Positions 1 to 10,590 of a stretch of DNA of 64,000 nucleotides are shown one piece after another. The notes beneath the pieces are model-generated. The model worked only from the letters and a program-made list of their open reading frames with translations. It was not told the DNA's origin and searched no databases. The stretch is taken from NCBI GenBank assembly GCA_964016885.1, contig OZ024741.1, positions 18,972,001 through 19,036,000 of the forward strand, written 5' to 3'. Positions within the stretch are counted from its first letter, which is position 1. Each line of letters opens with the position of its first letter. Source of the stretch: Eledone cirrhosa (Eukaryota). A program made the translations under genes and the position numbers.

Positions 1-707
1 ATTTTATTTCCATGTTGTTTATGCTGTTTTTTTTCTTCGATCTCCTTGGCAACATGTAGCTTCCACTGTTTCTCTTCCATTGCTCTCTCCCCTACCAACC
101 TCACCATTCTATCACTCCCATACTTTCACTTCTTCTTTCACCTTCTTGGTCTTGTTTACTTTGAACAAATAATGGAATAGAGAGGATGCTTTAGTCTTCT
201 GGTTTTAGTGTCATAATAAAACACACCCAGTACTCTCTGTAATGTTAGGAAGGACATTCAGCTTTAGAATTGAGACATATGAACAAGACATTGTCCTTCA
301 ACACACCCTGGGTGGTAGTAAATCTGAATAAGAAATTACTTGGACCATAACAACCGACCCAATTTATAATTACTATATTTTTTTTCTTGCAGTTGATGTG
401 ATTTCTTTGTACCCACCTCTCCTCTCTTACACACCTTTTGTAACCTGTCAATGATTTCTTTGAATCCACCTCTCCTCTCCTACACATCTTTTGTATCCTG
501 TCAATGTAATGTCCTCTTCTCCCCATGTGACAAATAATTAGGATTAATCCTACAATGGTCAACTTTGCTTTACATCCTTCCACATAAAGTACCAGTTAAA
601 TACTGGGGTTGATTTTATTGACTTTCGCCAATTGTTGGCCTTGTGCCCAAATCAGAGATCATTATGTTGACAAACAATTATGTTGTTCTAATGATAATTA
701 TTGTTAT

Positions 708-901
708 ATGAGGGTCAGCTGAAAAGTTCACAGGCTGACCAAGATACTCTCATGGAATGACCAAATGAGGTTTATTTTTCAACATAGTTCCTAGAAAGAA
801 ACAATTCCGTTATTAGTAAGAACTGAAATTAATTCAAGATTTCACAGCTCTCGCATCACTCCGTCATAGTCAGCTTATGAACTTTTCAGCTGACTCTAGT
901 A
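708..901. mobile_element. Tc1/mariner-like MITE
   Basis: Terminal inverted repeats gagggtcagctgaaaagttca / tgaacttttcagctgactct with TA flanks; a partial second copy lies near 1630-1720. Confidence 0.7.
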
Positions 902-924
902 CTTTTAAAAGAAATCATTATTTA

Positions 925-1332
925 TTTGTTGTTGTTTGTTTTTGGTTATTGTTATTTAACAGTTTGCTGTTGCTATTGTTTTTGTTACTAGTGTTGTTGT
1001 TGTTATTGTTGTTATTGTTGCTATTGTTGTTGCTGTTGTTGTTACTATTGTTGTTACTATTGTTGTTGTTACTATTGCTGTTGTTACTATTGTTGTTGCT
1101 ATTGTTGTTGCTATTGTTGTTGTTGCTATTGTTGTTGTTGCTGTTGTTGTTGTTGCTGTTGTTGTTGTTGCTGTTGTTGCTGTTGTTGTTGTTGTTGCTG
1201 TTGTTGTTGTTGCTATTGTTGTTGTTGCTATTGTTGTTGTTGTTGCTATTGTTGTTACTATTGTTGTTGCTGTTGCTGTTGTTGTTGTTGCTATTGTTCA
1301 ATTATTATTATTGTTCAATTATTATTATTGTT
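925..1332. repeat. (TTG/CTA/CTG)n trinucleotide microsatellite directly upstream of exon 1
   Basis: Seen directly; source of the poly-Leu and poly-Asn ORFs. Confidence 0.95.
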
Positions 1333-1341
1333 ATATTACAG

Positions 1342-1450
1342 GAGAAATCTATTGAGATTAAAACGAAATTAGATCTTCCTCATTTAAGAGATCCAAACCT
1401 CATTAAAGACAATGATTTAACATCATTGAATTATCTCAATGAACCAGAAG
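1342..1450 (+). CDS. MYO5: Myosin V exon 1 of 24 in window (N-terminal subdomain, EKSIEIKTKLDLPHLRDPNLIKDNDLTSLNYLNEPE)
   Basis: ttacAG acceptor and GTaggt donor; resembles the myosin V LPxLRNP..NDLTxLSYLHEP motif; ends phase 1 and joins the next exon in frame. Confidence 0.9.
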
Positions 1451-1861
1451 GTAGGTTATTTACTCTCTCTCTCTCATCATTCTTGTAGGCTCTGATGTGT
1501 CAACAGCACTGCCATTCTCTACCTAACTAAACATTAACACACACACACACACACTTACAGACACACATACACACACACACACTTACAGACACACATACAC
1601 ATACACACACACACTTACACATACACACACAAGGTTCAGCTGAAAAGTTTATAAGATGACCAAGATACTCTCGTGGAATGACCAAATAAGGTCTATTTTT
1701 CAACATACTCCTTGGAAAGAAACAATGCATCCCACTACATATTACTGTATATATATATACACACACACATTTAAGTACACAATGCATCCCACTACATATT
1801 ACTGTATATATATACACACACACACATTTAAGTACACAATGCATCCCACTACATATTACTG

Positions 1862-1897
<36 letters not shown>

Positions 1898-1943
1898 TTT
1901 AAGTTTAATATTCTACATAAAACTCATTCTGTTTGTATTTCAG

Positions 1944-2000
1944 TTCTACATACACTCAAGGTCCGCTTTATTGATAAGAATATATTCTACACATACTGTG
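1944..2000 (+). CDS. MYO5: Myosin V exon 2 (VLHTLKVRFIDKNIFYTYCG)
   Basis: tttcAG/GTgagt; matches myosin VLHNL..RF..IYTYCG; phases compatible on both sides. Confidence 0.93.
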
Positions 2001-2189
2001 GTGAGTATTCTTTCTTATATAACACACACACACATACAACAAACATCAACCATTTTATGACAGGTTTTGTCTGCTGAAGTTAACTTTGCAGGTCATGTGA
2101 CAAACTTCATGCATGTCTTTTTTTACCGATAGACACCCTTGTTATTACCATTCATCATCATTACCATTTTGCATCCATTATTTGATGCC

Positions 2190-2572
2190 TTGCCTGGAGA
2201 GAAATGAAGCAAGCATGCTCCATTGGATGTGTAATGTCAATGTACATGAATGACCAAGCATAGATGAGTTGAGAAAGAAACTGGGTATAAGAGGGATAAG
2301 TTGTGTTGTGTAGGCTGAGACGGTATGGACATCTGATGCGCATGAAGGATAATCGCTGGGTAAAGAAGTGCCAAGAAATGCCAGTAGAAGGAAGACGCAG
2401 TAGAGGAAGACCATGAAAAACATGGGTGGAGGTGGTGAGAGCAGACCTCAGATTGCTGAAACTCACGGAGATGACTAGGGCCCATGACAAGTGCAGAGAT
2501 GCTGTGCTGAAGAGGACCCGTCCCACCCTTGCAAGCAGGGAAAAGCGGTCGTAAAATGATGATGATATATAT
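2190..2572 (+). mobile_element. RTE-type LINE 3' fragment
   Basis: Degenerate LRRYGHLMRM...VEGRRSRGRP.KTW C-terminus followed by gtaaaatgatgat tail. Confidence 0.8.
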
Positions 2573-2861
2573 ACATCCGTGGGTAATCTGCTGGCCGGAC
2601 AGGATGGTAAATGAAGTAGTCACAAGGCATACTCGTTACCAAGACTACCTATTGGTTGTCTTCCTTTCAATCTTCATTTTCAAATTTTTTTGTCTTTACT
2701 AGACTTTTTTTCTGTTTCTCCATTGTGATCCTGTCTCTATTTTGTACTCCTGAAGAAGGGCTGAAGCCCGACACATAAAAGTTTCTTTCCTCTTTCCAAT
2801 ATAAACTAATAAGACTTTTTGTACCTCTCTTTGTTGTCTCCTTGAACTATATATATATATA

Positions 2862-4890
2862 TCATCATCATCACCATTTTACGTCCGTTCTCCCACGCTA
2901 GCATGGGTTAGATGGGTTGTCCTGTTGTGGGCAGTGTCCGGTTGGCTGACTTTGTCTTGCTCATACGAGAACTAATTCTGGCTTGCTTTCTACAGCTGGA
3001 TGCCCTTCCTAACACCAACCTCATTTACAGTGAGTACTGGGTGCTTTTTTCCGTGGCGCCTACACGTCCACTTTACAGTGTGGGCTGGGTAGGCGTGGAA
3101 CCTCCACGACCAGTTTGCAGTGGGAGGGTGTGGGGGCATATTGTCTATATGCTTCAGCTTCGGCTTGTACTCGTGGGGGTCAGGTCTTCTGTATTACTGC
3201 GTGACGCCAGAGATCACGGTCGTGTGTCATCAACCTTGAGAGGTGTAATTGGGTAAAGTCGGCTTTTATCACCTCATCCCAGGTCTTCTTGGGTCTCCCC
3301 ACTCCGTGGTTTCCATCGACTTCTAGTGCTCTGCACCTTTTTATGCAGCTGTCATCCTTCATATGCATCACATGTCCATACCAATGCAACCGTCTCTCCT
3401 GCACACAGCATTTGATTCCTCTTATGCTCAGTCTCTCTCTCGATTTGTTTATGCTTTGCCGTTCACGTATATTACTATTACACATCCATCGGAGCATGCA
3501 GGCTTTGTTTCTTTCTAATCTATGCAAGTATTCCACAGACAGCGCCCAGGTCTCACTACCATGTAACATTGCTGTTCGGATACACGCATCATACAGTCTG
3601 CCTTTCATTTTGAGGGAAAAGCCTTTTGCAGCTAGCAGTGGCAGTAGCTCCCTGAACTTCTTCCATCACGTTCTTACCCTAGTTATTGTACTTTCCGAAC
3701 ACCCACCTCCACTGCTAATTCAGTCACCTAGGTAGCAGAAGCTGTCTACTGTTTCTACAGAGCCCTCCCAGATTTTGGTGGTACTTGTTTCCTGTGGCTG
3801 TTTGCTGCTTGCTGTCCCAGCACAGCTGCTACATGTGAAGCCTACATTCTTAGTTAAGCTTCCTGAGATCCTTCTACATCTCTTGTGTACCCATTGTTTG
3901 CATTTGGGACAGAGAATGGAGTTCCTACCTATACCTTTCCTACATACTGAGCAAGGCCATTTCCCTGAGGGGATCTGGGTTCTGTTTTCTCATCTACTTA
4001 CAAGGACCTTAGTCTTTGTCAGGTTGACTTTGAGACCCTTTCTTTCTAGTCCCTGCTTCCAAGTTTGGAATTTCTTCTCTCGTTCTACCATAGATTCAGC
4101 TGTAAGTTTGGGGTCATCTGCATACAGGAGTTCCCATGGGCATCCGGTCTTAAACTCCTCCGTTATTGCCTGCAGAACTATGATGAACAGGAGAGGGCTA
4201 AGAACAGAGCCCTGGTGGACACCGACCTGTACGCTAAATTCCTCGCTATAGTCATTGCTAATCCTAACTTTGCTGACTGCTCCCCTATACATGGCTTGTA
4301 CAGCTTTCACAAGCCATTCATCTACTCCTAGTTTTCTAAGAGCCCACCAGATTATAGCACAGGAAACTCTGTCAAAGGCTTTCTCGAGATCGATGAATGC
4401 CAGGTAGAGTGGCTTACTTTCAGCTAGGTACTTTTCCTGTAACTGCCTCACAAAGAAGAGGGTATAAGTGGTGCATCTTCCTGGCACAAACCCAAATTGC
4501 ATCTCATCTAGTTTCACCCGGTCCCTAATCAACTGTGCTATAACTCTTTCTGTTACTTTCATGACCTGGTCCATCAGCTTTATACCGCTATAGTTTCCTC
4601 TATCTAGTGCATCACCTTTACCTCTGTAGCAGTTGACAATGGTGCTAGTGCACCAATCCTTTGGTATGACACCTTCTAGTATTACCTGGTTAACAATATG
4701 TGTGGTTATGGTGTGACCTACCGACCCAGATGCCTTCAGCATCTCGGCAGCTATACCTGATGGACCTGTTGCTTTCCCCGTCTTCATATCTTTGATTGCC
4801 TTACTTAATACGCTGCTGCTGACTTGTACTGCTGGCCCCTCTATAGGGTCTACTTGGCGTAGGGTCTCTTCTTCCCATGCATTCTCCTCA
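2862..4890 (-). mobile_element. 5'-truncated, disrupted RTE-type LINE (RT, Cys-rich finger, C-terminus, 3' UTR)
   Basis: ORF 3990..4961 has QFGF, DLEKAFD, GVHQGSVLSP and YADD; ORF 3180..3608 has HGSETW and GRPKKTW; (ATG)n tail; bounded by (TA)n. Confidence 0.92.
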
Positions 4891-4892
4891 TT

Positions 4893-4923
<31 letters not shown>

Positions 4924-5033
4924 GCATATGTGGTTGACGGCTGAGAGAAAAGAGTTCTCAATAAGGAAATAGTTTTTCATTTCATTAAGGCTAAATTGAG
5001 AGATGTGTTACTCTGTTTATCAAAGGATTATCA

Positions 5034-5083
5034 TCTTGTCTGATAACCCTGTGATAAACAGGTGAAACTTTAGAGTAACACGA
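5034..5083 (+). ncRNA. Type I hammerhead-like motif with G8>A change (probably inactive)
   Basis: CUGAUAA at 5040-5046, stem II CCUGU/ACAGG, GAAA at 5064, near-palindromic stem III ACUUUAGAGU, GUA at 5075-5077, stem I UGU/ACA. Confidence 0.5.
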
Positions 5084-5203
5084 CTCACTATTTAGCCATA
5101 ATAAAATGAAAATATATATATATATAATATGGAAAACGAAGAATCAGGGATGCATTGGAACACAATTTATTACGCAGAAAGAGAATTTACTTTGAAATCA
5201 CTA

Positions 5204-5298
5204 GACATATCTGAGGAACTTGCGAATCCAGAGTCAGGTTCAATCCACAAACAAATCGCACCTCAAGCTGTTTGCCGGAGAAACAATTGTAATACGTT
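5204..5298 (+). ncRNA. Type I hammerhead ribozyme motif with extended stem II
   Basis: GACAUAU-CUGAGGA (5211-5217)...GAAA (5280-5283)-CAAUUG-UA-AUACGUU; palindromic helix III ACAAUUGU; stem II imperfect. Confidence 0.62.
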
Positions 5299-5427
5299 AA
5301 TAAATTGTGTTCCGATGCATCACTGATTCTTCGTTTTCCATATCATACTCTGCTCCGAAGGAGCATAGTGCTCAACCGGCATACCGCCTATGGACGTATC
5401 CTAGCAACCTTACTACAAATATATATA

Positions 5428-7045
5428 TATCATCATCATCACTCGTCGACTACTGTCGAGATGATGGATCTCACTCTCATGCCCCAGAATCCCCTGTCCC
5501 CCATCGCTGCCCCCAGGTCCTGTCTGCTCATTCCCGTATCCATAGAGATAACGTCAGGGAATGACAGCTTCCTACTCCTAGTCAGGCTGGAGTCAGGGTT
5601 CCAGAGCAAGAGAGCGGATATGATTTCATTGCTGGCACGGTGACAGTGGCCAGCAAATTGAGCTCTCCGGGATTTTAGAAGGGCAGAGGCTCGAGGGAGT
5701 TTGCCATAGATTTTAGACAAGGTGGGATGTCGTTTCCAGGATAGGTTTTGCACTCTCATTAAGAGGCTGGTATATGTGCCATCCAATCTCCTCTCAAGTT
5801 GTGATGTTAGTGTCCAAGTTTCGGATCCATAAAGTAATATGGGCTTAATGGTTGCTTGGAATATTTCCAGTTTTAGCTTGTTGGTAAGTTGAGATGTCCA
5901 TATGGCGTGCATGTCATTGCACGCTGACCATGCCATACCCTTCCTGGTTAGAAAATCTTTTTTGGAGGAGGAGATATATGAGCCAAGATACTTGTAATCT
6001 TCCACCTGCTTAAGGGTGGTACCATTAAGGGTTCTGATGGGGTAGTTTGGGCTGTTTGCACATCTGTTCACACACTCAGTCTTGGATTCGTTGAGGTACA
6101 GTCCAACACAGTTGGACGCTTGCTCTAATGACTTCAAAAGACTCTCAGCATTTTGCAGTGACCGACTGATCAATGCGATGTCGTCGGCAAAGTCGGTGTC
6201 AGTCAAGTATTTTGCTGGGTAGCGTGAGCTTCTCCTAGGCTGTAGTTGGTATCCCCTATCCTGAATCCTATCCACAGACATGCGCAAAACATAATCCACA
6301 ACAATGATAAATAGATACGGAGCAAGGGTATCGCCCTGTAAAATTCCAGCGAGGATTGAGAAAGGTGGTGTTTCCCCATCTGGGGTCAGGACAGTTGATT
6401 TGGTATCTGTATACATTACACGTATGGCCGCGATGATTTTATCAGGAATCCCATAGAGTTGTAGAATTTCAAACATCCCCGACCTGTCAACTGAGTCGAA
6501 GGCTTTTGAAAAATCAACAAAGGTGAGTGCAAGGTCTAGATTGCGGTTTTGGGACTCCTCTATAAGTCGGCGAAGGCAGAGAATCTGGCTAAGTGTTGAT
6601 CTACCTCTCCTAAATCCATTCTGGTTGTTACGAAGGATTGGCTCAAGAAATGGGATTAAGCGGTTAAGAAGCTTGTTGTATATTTTTGCAGCAATTGCCA
6701 TGAGAGAAATTCCTCTATAGTTGGTGGCTAAAGAAAGATCTCCTTTTTTGGGCATGGGGATAATTTGAGCTGCATGCCAGACGCTAGGTGGTTTATTGGT
6801 CTCGAAAGTATGGTTACATAAGTTGAGCAAAAGGATGTGGAAATGCTCATCCTTCCAAATCAGGGTAGGTATATTATCCGGCCCAAAGGCTTTTGAGGCT
6901 TTGAGCTGTTTGATGGCTTCTTTGAGCTCAGGCATGGTGAAAGGAGAGGTGTTGATTCCTAAAGGCTCTGAAACCTGAACGGATGGCAGTTGATAGTTAT
7001 CAGGGAGTCTGGCCTTTTTCCCTAGAAGGTTTTTAAAATGAGCAG
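5428..7045 (-). mobile_element. 5'-truncated RTE-clade LINE of a second family, with an uninterrupted RT ORF
   Basis: 539-aa ORF 5439..7058: GPDNIP, NYRGISL, QNGFR, DFSKAFD, GILQGDTLAP, FADD, YKYLG, LYGSETW; (GAT)n tail directly after the stop. Confidence 0.93.
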
Positions 7046-7057
7046 TATATATACACA

Positions 7058-7540
7058 CTTACACCTCTCCAAGACAATGTCACTGGACCGAGACCTTTGG
7101 CGGTACTCAGTAACAGAGAAGACCCGCCTTACCTAAATATATAGTAAAACCTACTCCAGCCAGTAGGCATCCCTAACAAAATACACCCCGTCCCACCACC
7201 CCCACCCCTACCCCATCCACACCACCCCGTCCTATGTAAAGTTATGTTGGTGCCGCGCCATCGAGGCCGAAACAAATGAGATCGTGTAGGTCTCACGACA
7301 AAAAAACACACAGTCCACGCTGTAATGTGGCCGTGTAGGCAACACGGTAAAAACCTCCCAGACTCACACTGTAAATGTGGTTGGTGTTAGGAAGGGCATC
7401 CAACTGTAGAAAACCTGCCAGACAGTCCTATGCGAGCAAGACAATCACTCTTGCCTCAAGTGGGACTACCCCCGTCCAAACCCATGCAAGCGTGGAACAC
7501 GGACGTTAAACGTTGATGATGATGATGATGATGATGATAT
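7058..7540 (+). mobile_element. RTE LINE 3' end and 3' UTR
   Basis: Near-identical to 24037-24530; ends ggacgttaaacg(atg)n. Confidence 0.85.
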
Positions 7541-7597
7541 ATATATATATATATACACATACATTTGTAATAATAATTGTATTCTTCTCTTTGCTAG

Positions 7598-7745
7598 GAA
7601 TTATTCTGGTTGCTATCAATCCATATCAAGATGTGGATATCTATGATGAAACCACCCTAGAGATCTACCGTTACCAGAAGATCTTAAAAAACCTTGATCC
7701 TCATATATATGCTGTGGCTGCTGAAGCTTTTAACCAGATGACCCG
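7598..7745 (+). CDS. MYO5: Myosin V exon 3 (IILVAINPYQ...LDPHIYAVAAEAFNQMTR)
   Basis: gctAG/GTgaga; conserved LVAINPY and PHIYAVA motifs. Confidence 0.95.
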
Positions 7746-7769
7746 GTGAGAATAATAATTATAATAATG

Positions 7770-7985
7770 GTTTCTTATATAGGCACAAGGCCAGCAATTT
7801 CGATGAAGGGGGGAAAGTCAATTAAATTAACCCCAGTGCACTACTGGTACTTTATTTTATCAACCCCATAAGGATGAAAAGCAAAGGTAACCTCAGCGGG
7901 ATTTGAACTCAAAACGTAAAGGGCCGCAACGCTATGCCACAAAGCATGTTATCTGATGCTCTACTGATACTCCCAATCCATTGCC
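7770..7985 (-). mobile_element. tRNA-derived SINE, family A
   Basis: Reverse complement of gagttcaaatcccgc..gcctttcatcctta.ggggt.gataaaataaagtaccagt..ggccttgtgcct; other copies near 24850, 38317, 45530, 49240, 55880 and 59190. Confidence 0.75.
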
Positions 7986-8825
7986 CTAATAGTGATGATA
8001 ATGATTTCTTTATTGGCCTCAGAGGTCACAGCGAAGTATAATTCACTGTACTGTGTCCATCCATGATCAAGACACTTATCTGTTAAGTCCAGTCCATTTG
8101 GCAGTATGTAGGGACCACATAGTTTTCCACATAAATTAATAAAAAGAAGCAGCTTAGCTACCATGAACTCAGGGCCTCTGTCACTGGTGGAATGACCTCC
8201 ACTAAAGTCAGTAATGATGTTAAAGAAAATAATAGCTTGTCTACTATCTAACATTAGAAACAGTTCATCTAATGGCCTTTTACAGTTTCTGTCTACCAAT
8301 TTTCATTTACTATGTTTTGGTTAATTCAAGGCTATAGTATGAGCCATCTATCAATAGCCCAGTCTACCTAGCTGTAAGTAGGTACCACTATGTGGTATAT
8401 TTTACTGTTTTGTATCCATGACCAAGACACTGTGAACAACCCAGTCCACCTAGCTGTAAGTAGATACCACAGTGGGATCACTGTATTGTGTCCATAGCAG
8501 TACAAAATACAGACAGTGACCACATATGTAGATATAATAAATGTTTGTGGAGGTGTGGGTATACTGAACATAACTATATTTGTTTTTCTGTATTATTTAC
8601 TGTTGGGACTGGGAGCTGTTGATGATTAAAATACCCACAAGACTCCTGATGAGATATCAACTCATGGCAAAGCTAACCTCGGCAGTATTTAAACTCAGAT
8701 CATAAAGGGCCATAACCCTATGCCATATAGCATGTTGTTTGATGCTCTACCAAATGCTGCCAATCTACCACACTGCCATAACAGCAACAATAACAATATT
8801 TATTGTCTCAACTTTCTATTTTCAG

Positions 8826-8979
8826 ATTCAAAGTGAATCAATCAATCATTGTTAGTGGTGAGTCTGGTGCTGGGAAGACCGTTTCAGCAAAACATGCCAT
8901 GCATTATTTTGCAAGGGTGGGTGGATCCACCGAGACAGCAATCCATGATAAAGTATTGGCTTCTAATCCCATTATGGAG
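8826..8979 (+). CDS. MYO5: Myosin V exon 4, P-loop ([19 protein letters not shown]...VLASNPIME)
   Basis: ttcAG/GTaagt; GESGAGKT followed by VSAK, typical of class V. Confidence 0.97.
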
Positions 8980-9927
8980 GTAAGTTCATAAAATGTAGCT
9001 CTGCATTTGTATTTGTTGTTGTAAGTGGCTCAAGTCAGATCACCCATCCTTGTTGTTGTTGCGTGTGGCTCAAATCAGATCAATTTGTTGTAATTGATCG
9101 GCTCATGTGAGCTCAGCTGTGCCTATTGTGAGCAGCTCAAGTCATCTCAGTTGTGCCTATTGTTGCTGTTGTTGTAATTGAATAGCTCAATCAGATCAGC
9201 TGTCCCTGTTGTTGTAATTGAGTGGCTCAGCTTATCTATCCCTGTTGTAATTGAGTGCCTCAGTTGTGCCTGTTTTTGAATGGGTCAGATCAGCTGTGCC
9301 TATTGTGATTGTGTTTGTTTAGATACCAGCCCTCTCAACACCACCCTGGCTCATATTACTTAAACACACATGGTATATTACAAAATCCTTCATTTTTTTA
9401 TTTTATTTCACAGTTATTTAAAAACCCTAAGCAGTCTCTTTCATTGACATAGGAATATAAAACTGTTAGTATAAAAACCAACTTTGTGTTAAGTTGGGTT
9501 TGACCTGCTAGAAATAAGAACCAAATCTCCCTTGAACCACACAAAGCATACATTACAATCCTCAATGCACTCTACCTGAAAAAGAAAAGACTGGATGGTT
9601 ATAACTAGAATACTTCAAGGCACAAGTCTGTTGGATCAGGGTTGATCTGGGTTTCAACAATACCAACAACAATACCAACAACAATAGCCAATGACTAAAT
9701 CATATTAACTGTTTTGATACTAAAACACTTGAAACTGGCCTCTGGTTACAAAATACTAAATTTAAAGTGTTTATATTTATGTAAAAACAACAGCAGCTAA
9801 TGAATAAGTCAAATTAAAGTTAGTGGCGATGTATTTGTTTTGCAAGGTTTTTGATATGAAATCGTGTGTTGAAGCAAATATTAAAAAACATTATAGGAAC
9901 ACAACAGGAGGAAACATGGAAACATGA

Positions 9928-9972
9928 TAATCACTGATGATGTCACATATGTGTGACGAAAGATTTATGAGA
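9928..9972 (+). ncRNA. Minimal type I hammerhead ribozyme motif
   Basis: UCA-CUGAUGA (9934-9940)-U-GUCACA-UAUG-UGUGAC-GAAA-GAUU-UA-UGA; 6-bp stem II, 3-bp stem I, near-palindromic helix III. Confidence 0.68.
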
Positions 9973-10407
9973 AGCTATATTTATATTTGTATGTTTAACT
10001 GTTGATCAATCAATAAACATTGATTGCCTGCTAAATTATTTATAGAAATATAAAAATATACTGAAACGAATACCAAACCAAACAGTGAGTGTATTTTACT
10101 ATATTTTTCTGGCAATATTAGTACAACATGACCCTCCCCAAATAAAACAAATTAAAGTTCTTAGCATAATGAGAAAAATGAGAAAACTCGATGCAAGAAT
10201 AGCTGCATTGAGTTTTCTCATTTTTCTCCTTATTCTATGAATTCTAATACACCCGTGTTCTATCTTGGTCTTCGAGACATTGTTTAAATTAAAGATGTTT
10301 TGCTAACATTTCCTAGATACTTGAGGGTGAATGTTTGAGACGTGATAAAAAATAGTTCAAAACAAACTAATGAAGCTGTTTTATTTGTATCTTTTGCAAT
10401 ATTTCAG

Positions 10408-10538
10408 TCATTTGGAAATGCCAAGACAATCAGAAATGACAACAGCAGTAGATTTGGCAAATATATTGAAATTGCATTTGGTAATAAACACTACATCATT
10501 GGTGCTAACATGAAGACATATCTATTGGAAAAATCAAG
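10408..10538 (+). CDS. MYO5: Myosin V exon 5, switch I ([20 protein letters not shown]...YLLEKS)
   Basis: tttcAG acceptor; weak GTtctt donor splits the Arg codon AG|A, completed by the exon at 14037. Confidence 0.95.
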
Positions 10539-10590
10539 GTTCTTCTTTTATTTTTACCTTTGTATATATGCTATAGTCTGTGTAGGATAT

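Noticed and set aside
877-1488. Poly-Leu 203-aa ORF and opposite-strand poly-Asn ORF
   Set aside because: Translations of a (TTG)n microsatellite; only 1342-1450 is a real exon
2745-2785. CUGAAGA-A-GGGC-UGAA-GCCC-GACAC hammerhead-like core (related relic at about 29467-29500)
   Set aside because: GAAA is mutated and stems I/III cannot be recovered; counted only as decayed relics
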